Below are positions 1 to 10,264 of a stretch of DNA of 52,672 nt, piece by piece. The first letter of the stretch is position 1; every line of letters begins with the position of its first letter. The notes beneath the pieces were generated by a model. It did not search any database. It was not told the origin of the DNA and saw nothing but the letters and a program-made list of their open reading frames with translations. The position numbers and the translations under genes were made by a program. Source of the stretch: Perkinsus chesapeaki ATCC PRA-425 (lineage: Eukaryota; Protista; Perkinsozoa); the NCBI GenBank assembly GCA_013115145.1, contig JAAPAO010000206.1, positions 1 through 52,672 on the forward strand, written 5' to 3'.

Positions 1-13
1 ATCTTGGCTCAAG
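1..13 (+). other. 3' part of a Perkinsus-type spliced-leader (SL) sequence, probably an SL relic; truncated by the window edge
   Basis: ATCTTGGCTCAAG equals the last 13 nt of the Perkinsus SL ACCGTAGCCATCTTGGCTCAAG as recalled. It is followed by TTCAAT, not the GT donor of an SL RNA gene. Confidence 0.6.
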
Positions 14-703
14 TTCAATTCTTGTGTTACGCTAGTAACAAATGGCGACGTCGGGCGCGGAGTTAGCATCCACCGTATCATTGCTGAATCGTTTTTTGCA
101 AATACGTTGGGAAACGTCAAGGAGAGCAAGATTTACATTTTCAAAGGTCGTGCATTTTGCTTAGGGTAGTTGGGAAAATTAGTATTATGCGGGTTTAGAT
201 AGGCTCCATACACATAATGCCTAATTGGTAAGTGAGTTACTTATAACTGTAAATGAACTAGTTGGGGAAGTTGGTATTTCCGAGAGGTCCGCAAAGGCCT
301 ACATGCCACCCCGCTTGAAGCACGGGTTCAAATGATAAATATGCAATAGCCAACACCTCGAAGGGGATCGGATAAAATATGAATAACAAGCGAGGCGGTC
401 GGATGCTATGAGTACTACACTTAAGCACGACGCTCCGAAAATCTGGATAATATGGCGGTTATAATCGATCTTGTGAGGGAGCTCCGAGCGAGTTAAGATG
501 ATGCATGTCTGGCGTTTACGGATGGAAGAATACGTAGGAGACGCTAACAGAGGGCGAGAAGGTCTCGCTGGCACTGAGAACGCAAAACCGCCCGGCAAAG
601 AGTGGATTTAATACTTTTAATAGAGATGATTTATTATGAGGATGATGTAATAAAATTTACTATATTTACGGTACCTCAGCAAGATAATAATAAAGAATGA
701 TAT

Positions 704-1975
704 CATGGCGTTTACAGGAATAATATGTTTGCTGTAAATAATGTTATAATGATTTCCTTACAACATTATACTATTAAGTTGTTAATAGTAGTAATACATG
801 TACTTATCAGGCCCCTCCCCTATTTACCATCAAGTGGCATGCTAGGTTACATATCTTACTGCAAGTATAATAATATAATAATATATCTTACATTATATAT
901 CATGCATCATAGCAACGTGGTGCATTCATGGCAATTTGACAGGTGATAATTAGATTAAGTCATATAACGTATGTTGTTATTATTAGTAAAAGTGGTCCTG
1001 AAGGTTGGGTTGAAGACCACAACTACTTTCGCTGCTTACATGACGCCCCACCTCTCAAATGGGACAATCACCTTGCAAAATTATCACAAGAATGGGCTCA
1101 GGAATTGGATGATAGAAACACATTTGGGCATTCTGATTTATCGAAAGATCCATTACCGAGAGTTGAAGTACTAACATTTTGGACCGGTAACGCAGCACCA
1201 TCGTGCAATAGTGTTAATAAAGATTATGGGCAGTCATGTGCTGTTTTGTCGTGGTATATGCAATATGATCAGTATTGGAGATGTAATAATGATGATTGGA
1301 AAAGTATATTAAAAAACGGTAAAATGTCGCACTTTAGCGCAATGATACATAAGGGGCATGATATTGTGGGTTGTGGTAAAAGTAATAATCATTTTGTGTG
1401 CCAATATGGTAATAGTAAATGCACAACGATGGACAATTGCCCCACTGGTGACAATCCCCCACCATTAGCGAGCATGAATCTAGATAATGATAAAAGATGC
1501 TCCAGAAAGGATTCGTGTATTGCATGCAGAAATCTTGATAAATGGAAATCAGGTCAATGTGGAGTACCTAAGTTCAATCTCGTAATAATAAAAATCTTTT
1601 AATTATTATCATTACTTTTATTAGTATAAAGAATATTCAGCTGGAGATGGATGGTTTACTACTGTAATAATAATGATAGTATACTTCGTATTATGTTATT
1701 ATTTCAGAAATGGGTTGGCTCGGGATCACCACCAAGTTCTAATACTGATAAATCATTAACAGTAATAATAATATTGTTATTATACTTATTCTTATTTTAA
1801 GTTATCTACGCTCCGTAAAACAGCACAATCAAATAGTAATATTGAAGGGAAAGTAATAATTATATGCTATGATATTATTCACTTTAAATTAGGATTTCAA
1901 CCATCAACACAGCTCAGCATCATTACCACCTCATTATAATATTATCTTAATACTGCTCATTGTTATCATATAATA
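704..1975 (+). CDS. CAP/SCP (PR-1-like) secreted protein, multi-exon, probably GPI-anchored or with a C-terminal TM
   Basis: Main exon in ORF 943-1602: HNYFRCLHDAPPLKWDNHLAKLSQEWAQEL...GHSD...SWY...HFSAMIHKGHDIVGCG...HFVCQY, typical CAP motifs. Spliced N-terminus MAFTGIICLL is signal-like. The last exon ends in hydrophobic YNIILILLIVII*. Confidence 0.85.
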
Positions 1976-2183
1976 ATCGTGTTTTGCACTTGTTATATTA
2001 TATTTAATGTAATACCGACATGTACTACTAAAAAGCACTATTCCGTGTATTCGGTTGTATATACTATACTGTTGTGTAGTAGTAGTAATAGTCTAATCTG
2101 AATAATGAGTGTCAGGTCCATTGGTAAGTGGCGAGGACTTCCAACGTGGCCTCCCTTGGTAGGAGTTTAAGTTCGAATCGGCG

Positions 2184-2224
2184 TGTTTGTGACCTTAACT
2201 GGATTTCAGTTAAGGTCACAAACA
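2184..2224. repeat. Perfect inverted repeat, 18-bp arms, 5-nt loop
   Basis: TGTTTGTGACCTTAACTG-GATTT-CAGTTAAGGTCACAAACA. Confidence 0.95.
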
Positions 2225-2399
2225 ATGCACTGTCGAGCTTGATAGTGCTCCTCATCCGAGACCTGACCCTCTGTCTAACATAAGAATTCACACGGCTTGA
2301 GTAGGGAAGCTTGTATGCTAGCGGGAGAGGGACTCCATAGAGCTTGTAGTTCAAAGCGAGCCTATCGTCGAAGGGCAGGACCAGAGAGAGAATGGTAAT

Positions 2400-2690
2400 G
2401 GCTGCCCAACGGTGTTGGAAGAATATATAACATAATGCGAGAATTGTACAGAATAAACTTTAGGCACTTGCGGAATGGACGCCTGATCGAGTGTAGCTGT
2501 GTGGCAAAACTAAATACTTCGAGTCCTATAGATGAAGCTTGTGGTCTCGCACCTTGGGAGCCATTGTTTCTTTGATAGTTATACACAGGCCCTTGGTCGC
2601 GTAAGTGAATTCTGCCAGGAGGAGTAGGATCTCTTGATACTAGTTACATTCTTCTGGGTGAACCATACAGTGACTATAACAGTTTAGGTA
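2400..2690 (+). mobile_element. Decayed 3' fragment of a non-LTR retrotransposon (second copy at 29899-30563)
   Basis: About 200 bp nearly identical to 30360-30563. Upstream it translates INFRHLRNG, matching IYFRHLRNG at the end of the other copy's ORF. It has a roughly 40-bp deletion relative to that copy. Confidence 0.7.
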
Positions 2691-3128
2691 CTAGACTCTC
2701 GCTCTGAAGCTGCACATGGAGTGGATAGTCTAAATAAACCAATCTTGGCGTTTGACTATCAACTCACACTTGGCAATTTCGAGCTGAGATTCTCAGTAAT
2801 AAAGACACACGCTTTTTCTGTTAATCAACACAAGGCCAGAATGGTGATTGAGACTGCTATCAGCGAGTGATAATAGCGAGTGATCGGCTAAAACCAATGT
2901 CGTTCTTATATGGAAAGAAGCGCAATACTCTTGACATAATCGCTTCGGAAGGATTGATTGAATACATATTCTGGATACAATAAATCTTAGAAATCGAGGC
3001 TTGAATGCCTCTGAATACAAATACCCTCAACTACTTGTTTCGAGTACAAAGATTCTGAAACATCTGCTTTCGAAGAGAAACAAAAAGCAGTTTGTAACTT
3101 CAGATGACATGATAGGGAGGCTTGCGTC

Positions 3129-4019
3129 CTACTGATAAGGTTCAATACCCTCAAACAGGAACTTGACGCTGATATCTTCGGGATAGACACCATGGATATC
3201 ACGCCAATCCAGATGATGCCAGTGGGAAGCCCCTGTAATGTAGAACATAACCACTTGAACACCAAAACCCGTAGGGCACTTCAGTCTCCAGAAACCAGTT
3301 ACTTTCTCTGTACTGACCCATTCATCCTCAGAAAGGCAACCAAGTCTCTGACCCCAACGGAGGAAGCTTGTCCACTTATTAGGGAGGCTGAAGATATTAG
3401 TGTCGCCTCCCCAGGGCACAATGCCATCGACACTGGCTTGGAGGCTGAGGAGAGCCCTGTTATAAATTAAGCTTTTATCTCCCATCTTTTGATCACATGT
3501 GTTAAGCCCCTCATCACCACCTTTCCCAATAGCCAGAACACCAGCGGCGCTTACCGCTTTCTGAACAATACCTTCGCATAGGAGAGCCTCAATAAGCATT
3601 CCACCATTTGAGAACCCATAGCCATACACAGGAATATTCCCATAAACTTCACGGCGAGCTTCGACGATGGATCTCATGTAACCAATATCATCGTTCGATG
3701 AATGGCAGCATCCGCCAGCATTTCACCCCGAACCTTTTGCTTCGGGAAGGATGATCTCGTACCCATACTTATTGGCATACTTGCGGAAATCAGTGTACCA
3801 GAGGAAATAATCTGAGTCTTCACCAAAACCATGCAGGGCAAGGAACAGGTAAGAGACCTCCTTCCTTTTTGGAGTGTAAACTGTATAAGTTCTTGGGCCA
3901 TCAGTAGTGTCGGTTGTCACCGTCTGGTGGATGACCTCGTCCAGATAAGGTGACTCTCTGGAGTGCACGGCGGTAACGAGAGAGAAGTAGAGGGGTAACT
4001 TCGATACCAGACACATCAT
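3129..4019 (-). pseudogene. Secreted LpqC/PHB-depolymerase-like serine esterase with one in-frame TGA (3723-3725)
   Basis: ORFs 3723-4073 and 3129-3677 are in one frame: LALHGFG...PEAKGSG*NAGGCCHSSNDDIGYM...GFSNGG...DGIVPWGG...GASHW. The stop replaces the W of the WNAGxCC motif. Ser/Asp/His triad candidates are intact, there are no introns, and MMCLVSKLPLYFSLVTAVHS is signal-like. Confidence 0.75.
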
Positions 4020-4479
4020 CTTGAGTATGCAAGATAAAACTGACCAATTGAAACCGAATTTAGAGTTGTTCATCGCGCCTTGCAGGGTGTCATGATAATA
4101 TTGTCGCTCGCCTAATGTCTTCTCACAAGACGAGATGTGTTGGCAAACATTTGGTTGTTGTGAGCGTTATAGCGAATGCAAGCAATCCTGTATAACTGTG
4201 GGTTCTAGAAGTATCACAGTTACAGCCTTTAAGACATATTAATCAGGGTCGGCTAACATTAAGAATCAACTTTCTTCATGTGTACATGCGTGTGTGACAC
4301 ACAGTGTGTGACACACCTACACTGTAGGTATTACAGTAGAGTAAGTTCACCGATCGGCTTGAGGCGAATATCTCCCGCAGCAACATCCCCGGGGGGGTAA
4401 GGGATTAAACAAGAAGTCGAGTTTACACGGGCTCTTCAGTAAACTTGGACAAAATACATTTCACTGGAATGGATTTTGC

Positions 4480-7070
4480 TATCTACAAAGTAAACGGCGG
4501 GCAGAACTGGACGAGTTAATGTATAGTTAACGCTTGCATGTCGTTGCAAATGCCCTTTGCAAATCTCCCTCATGGGGAAGCGTTATTAAATTCGCTCTAA
4601 CTACAAATATGCGTTGTATTTCATCGAGTCATTCTCCGAATGATTGAAAATGGGTATGTTAACTTCCTACTATTAGTAGTAATAACACTCAGAGAGCCCC
4701 TACCTATGTGGTTTCGTGTACTGTTACAATTTGACAGTGCAATTTGTACTGCTAGAACTACATCATCAACAACCACGTCGGACCCTGTGGCTCGCGGGCT
4801 GTAAGTAGTATCCGCATTCCTGCTTTCATCTGATTCAGTTCGTCATGCAGCAACTTCATTCACACATGATGGGTGGCGTAATACAGCCTGTATTATGCAG
4901 GTGTGTTGTATTTCTGTAATGTCGAATTGATAAATGAGTAAATTGCTACAAGTAACTGTTAGGTCAGCATTACTGATCTCCTCAGTATATAATACCATGT
5001 ACCACTCATTGAGTAGTTTGTATTCTGCTTCTATACCGTTTTGTATTTACTTCTTCAAGTAAACCTATTGTTGTGTTTTGCTATTCTAATTCGTCTCGCA
5101 CTTTCGCCGCACGTGTGGCAGAGCTCCTCTGCAACAAACTACATTAACAACATCCCTTGCTTCTTCGGCTCAGCTCTAAGACTTGGTCCTTAGATATATT
5201 ACACAGCATTTATCTCATATGATGGGTATTACACAATACCGGTTTTGCCGGCTTCAAAGTCCTCCGAGATCACCTTCTCTATGTTTTAAGAGAAGACGCA
5301 TCATCCACTGTAGGATACACTTGGTATCCTATTCACTTGGTTCATTCGGTACTCCTTATGTAAGCTTCATTGTTAGTTATTCTTATGATATTCTTCCTCA
5401 AATAACTCGAAGTACGCAAACTACGGATGACAAAAAGTTAAGATTCAGACGTAAGGCATGTCGTATTAAGATGTAATATTCGTGCTCTGAGACAGTGGCA
5501 TCTATAGCCACGTCACCTTCTGCTACCATGCTTCAAGCACGGCATGATATTCTAATCATGTTACTTGTGTGTTAAAAGTGTTTTTAGTGTTGTGTTAAGT
5601 CATTCAAATAGCCTATACAGAGCTTTATCATTTGCTCTACTTTACCGTTATATGGTATATCTTATACCAATACGTACATAGGTACACATGTTACGGTGCA
5701 TCATGAGTGTACTATGCCACTGCGTGTTTACCGTCGTGTGTCCTATTTTATGTAAGATATCCGCATCTGTCTTGTATAATATTTATCTAATACCAGATAT
5801 CCATATTCCATACATCGCACATTTAAACTTCTCTTAACCTTCTTTACATGGTCCTTCTGACAAAGAGCTATGCAACACTACAACAGCGTCTCATTCGGAA
5901 TTTTGTGGCGCGTGACTATTTTTAAAATCCAATGCAGCTATTCTCCTTTCGTGCCATGAAAGATAGGCTAGTTCTTAGGGAATTGCATATTTAATAGTTG
6001 TACTAATAATAATGACTGCCTCTGATGCTGCATCATCTATATATACCATGGATACTACAGATACTGAGGAACATATAGGTAATATAAGGATAATATTGTA
6101 CTAATCGGTAAGGGACCTTGTGTTTTTAGTAATATATTATTATTAATACATTATATGTTATTAATATAATATATTGTATTTGTATATAATAAAGTATTTG
6201 TATTTAATGCATTTCTTCCATTTTAATAATATATAGCATCCGTGTATAATTCGGTAGGGCAGTTTTAATAATATATAGCATCCGTGTATAATACGGTAGG
6301 GCAGTTTTAATAATATATAGCATCCGTGTATAATACGGTAGGGCAGTTTTAATAATATATAGCATCCGTGTATAATACGGTAGGGCAGTTTTAATAATAT
6401 TTTTAAAACAGTTTTTCTTCAAGTTGCTTTTCCTTATCGGTAATGGAAAGACAAAGTGACATGCAGTTGGAGGGAACTATAGATATCAAGGCGAACAGCA
6501 AGATTATTCTTCGTCGTAAATGGATTGACTATATAAATGAAAATGTACCATATATAGCTTTAAAAGTACGTAACTCATTCATGGCCATATTAAAGCATGA
6601 AGGTTTTCGCATTAGGCTTTGTACTAATCCCTAGTAAATGTACTCATCAGCATTGATGCCTTTTTGCAGAAATACTGCAAAATCGCGACTTAATAATTGA
6701 TTGAATTCTTTATTTCTTTGCCCTATCACGGCACACTGTCAGTCCGACACAGGTATTCTCCTTTATATTTTATAGTAGACATATTTGTTATCTATTTCAC
6801 ATGTAATCTCTTCAGGTAGTAAACCTAGTCGAGCTTCATCGCCGGCTTTGAGGTAATAGGGCCCCCCGCCTCAATTCCGTCTCATCTTGGGTATCACTTT
6901 CAACTAAGGGCTTTAAATGGTGGAAATGTATTACTACTTAACATTATTTTGACAGTTTACAGATCCTTGCTTTCCAAATGTAAAGTCATTAAAAACTGAT
7001 ATTGCAGACGTGAGTTTGAGCCGAAGAGAATTCGGCCTAAATACTTGGCAAAATCTCTCGGCGACGGGGA
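4480..7070 (+). CDS. Possible multi-exon hypothetical gene, structure unresolved
   Basis: A series of short GT-AG-flanked open segments (e.g. VRHAATSFTHDGWRNTACIMQ, MTASDAASSIYTMDTTDTEEHI, ORF 6443-6634) separated by AT-rich stretches. No recognisable domain. Confidence 0.25.
6221..6400. repeat. 42-bp tandem repeat, about 4.3 copies
   Basis: Unit TTTTAATAATATATAGCATCCGTGTATAATWCGGTAGGGCAG. No unique spacers, so not CRISPR. Confidence 0.95.
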
Positions 7071-7123
7071 CGTTTCTAGAACCGTTGTTAGTGGCCGTGC
7101 GGATGGAGGAAATGAGAATTTTT

Positions 7124-9014
7124 ATGGGTTCTCCGGAACACTTGTGATTTTCGCCAGATTGTTCGGATTCTTAATTTGCATTATATGGTATTTTTTCAGT
7201 GACGGCCTGACACCTTCAATAGCGGACGGATCAAAGGCGATACGGGAAAAGGTATCTTAGCTCCGAGCATGCATGATCTATATGCAGCTCCTTTGTAGAC
7301 CGCTAGTAGTCTGGCAATTATTGAGGAGGCTTATAGGAAATATAAAATAGATGAGCTTTGCCTGGCATTTAATGGAGGTAAGGAAATTCGAATTTTCTAT
7401 ATTTATATAATAACATATATTGTTCCTATCACCCACCCCCTCTCTCAGGTAAAGACTGCACAGTCCTATTAAGAATGGTACATTACGTTTTACGTCAAAT
7501 ACATCAAACTGATGACCTACCATTAAAAACCCTTTACATAGCCGATCCAGAAAATGACACTTTTGATGAAGTTGAAAGTTTTATAGCGGAAATGCAAAAG
7601 GAATATAATCTCGATATTCTTCGGGTAGGTTGGGGAACTCTATTTAACAAACAGATAACGAACCTGAAATTTTACGGCTAATTAGAGGTATCAATATATG
7701 TTTTATTATATTATCTATAAAGACTATATTTATTATATGATTACTTATATTTATTCCTTATTATAGATAATTGTATGAGATGTTCCCATACCCCTAACTA
7801 TTAATAAAATATAGAATTAAACCTAATAATATATATTAATTAGATGTACTATAGAGTATATATAAGAATATCTACTAATAATGTGTATATAATATAAAGT
7901 ATAATATTACAGCAAGTTCTATTTTCTGTTTTTCCCACATTTTTCGTCCAAAATTTTCAGTGAGCTGGAGGACATTTTGGAATGAAAGTTTCGATATGAG
8001 TTTTCAATATAAAAATAATAAATATGCTTTTTCGGATTATCTCGATTTTCTACCACTTTTTCTCGGGAAAATTAGTAATTTTTCCCCTCGTGTTTTTACG
8101 TTGATTTTGATTTTCCGAATCGTTGACCGTTTCTATATTAATTCTGTAGATGGATCTATTTTAGATATTTCAGAAATTTGTAAAGATAATTTTTTTGTTT
8201 TTAGGTGGTCGGAGGTGTGAAGGTTGGTCTTGAAAAGGTTAAGGAAGAGCATCCTGAGGTTAAAGCAATTTTCATGGGGACGCGCTCCACTGGTGAGATG
8301 GAAAAATAATATGTTTTAAATGTTTTTCCAGATCCTTACTCCGCTGATTTGTTACCGTTTTCGCCGACTACCGCGGGATGGCCGGACTTCATGAGAGTTA
8401 ATCCTATTCTTGATTGGACTTATGAAGATGTTTGGGAATTTATTGACACGTAATAGAGGAAAGGAGATTTCGTTTGGGAAATACGATGGTCGCAGAGGAA
8501 CGCCAGTTACTAAGTAGGAGTGAATGCTTTCTTTTCACGGTCAAGGAAGATATTACCAGAACTTCCACGGTATCCCCTTCGAACAGTTTTCGATTATGGA
8601 GGGATATAATGTCGTGGATAGGCAGCTGGATGGGTCCCCGAATTTGTCAGCAATTAGATGTCCGTAGATTAGTGGTTGTAATATCATATCAGGTTTGATG
8701 TTAAATATTGCGAACTATATAAATATGGTTACACCAGTGTTGGCAGGAAAAGTGACACAATACCTAATCCTGACCTAAAGATACCTCTCAGTAATAAATA
8801 ACTCGTGCTTCGCTCCGCTAGGATGTTTTTCCCCAGAGGACGGTGGAATATCATACAGGCATGCTAGAGAGCTTCAAGATGGGTCTCGGGAACGTTGTGG
8901 CCGGTATGTTAAACGATAAAGTGTTTATATTGTTATTTACTATCGTTACAGTTCCTTTTTGTATTATACCGCTTATTAAGACAATTGCTCGTAATGAGAG
9001 CTTTAGGGGATTGA
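7124..9014 (+). CDS. FAD1: FAD synthetase (PAPS-reductase family), multi-exon
   Basis: Spliced exons give [74 protein letters not shown]. The start exon is uncertain. Confidence 0.9.
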
Positions 9015-9079
9015 CTCAGCGTTGAGTTTTTTGGTGGAAGAATATCTGACGGTGTTGGAGTTTTTGTTATGAGAATTTA

Positions 9080-10093
9080 ATGGCAAGCTCATCGGTATCA
9101 ATTTTATTAAAGCATCAGAAGCAGCCGACAAGGCCAAAGGTTATTATAGAGCCACCTGTGACTAAAGTGGAGATAAGGACTATGGAGTAAGGAGGAGCGG
9201 TGTGGGATAGTGCGACACAAAAAAGGGGACAGAATTGCTGGCGAAGGTTGAGAAGTGTGAATCTGTTCTGGTATCTGGACTTTAATTTATGAGCTACGGA
9301 ATTGAATCCTCCTGATGTTGAATTTACGGTATGAGATTGTGACACAAAAAAGGGGACAGAATCTCATCGCGTACTTTTCACTGTTGGAAGGTGGGAATTT
9401 CCGTCATGCTTTGGATAAATATCTCCGGCAATTCAGTTGTGCAATTTCACGTGGCTAGCGGGGAACTCATATTAAGAAAATGGTTGATAACGAATCGATG
9501 TATAGGAATTTTGGGAGTAATACGGAAAAACGTATAGGCAAATTTACGAAGGGCATGAGTGAAAAATGTGGTTGCAAATGCGAGATTAAAGAGTCGGAAA
9601 GACGGAATCTAACAAGAGCATTTTATGAAGGGTATTGATCTTGATATAGATCGGGCTCCTTGGGAGTTTATGGTGAAGTTTAAGAATGCAGGGATAGAAT
9701 GCAGTGAATCGAGAAGGAGGTTAACGAGTGTAAATGAAAATCCAGCTTAGTAACACGGGAATGGTGGCATGCTGGCTGATGGCTAAGCCGTTATCTCGAC
9801 TGAGGGAACGAATCCGCGCTATTAGCAGAGTTTCGGTCACTTCTGGTCCTGACGCACTAATTTTGGGGGGGATATCCGGAGATATTGTTGTTTTCCCTCT
9901 CAGAGAGGCGATGTGGGAGGGCATGGATGACATTGAATACTTATTATTTAATAGTAGGACAGTGACGCCAGATAGGAGCTCCTCAGAGGGTGTTAAACCA
10001 GCGTATTTGGATTTGGAAGGGATGCTGTATGGTGCTATGAAATGGAGTGATTATGAGAGAGATAAGGTTATAATGGGGAAAGGGAAGTCATAG
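9080..10093 (+). CDS. Hypothetical multi-exon protein, possibly the 5' exons of the downstream hydrolase-like gene
   Basis: MASSSVSILLKHQKQPTRPKVIIEPPVTKVEIRTME|LLAKVEKCESVL|NLIAYFSLLEGGNFRHALDKYLRQF... splices in frame, plus ORF 9734-10093. Confidence 0.5.
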
Positions 10094-10264
10094 AGGGAGG
10101 ATCTCTTTAACTGGTTTTGTATTTAATCGTATTTTACTTGTTGTATTCTTTAATTGCCTATCAACTCGTCTATCGCTCCGCAATAGTTCCTGGTATTAAT
10201 ATTAGATATTCTATCAACAGTATGTTGTAAGAGACAATAAGGGCTCGTTTTAACTACTCGAATA

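Noticed and set aside
2-420. HNH-endonuclease-like reading (VSIHRIIAESF...QHLEGDR)
   Set aside because: Only a few residues match, the frame is broken, and no NN/H completion is visible. A profile search would be needed.
6204-6422. ORF with repeated IIKTALPYYTRMLY; CRISPR-like appearance
   Set aside because: Simply the antisense translation of a 42-bp tandem repeat, with no spacers and no cas genes.
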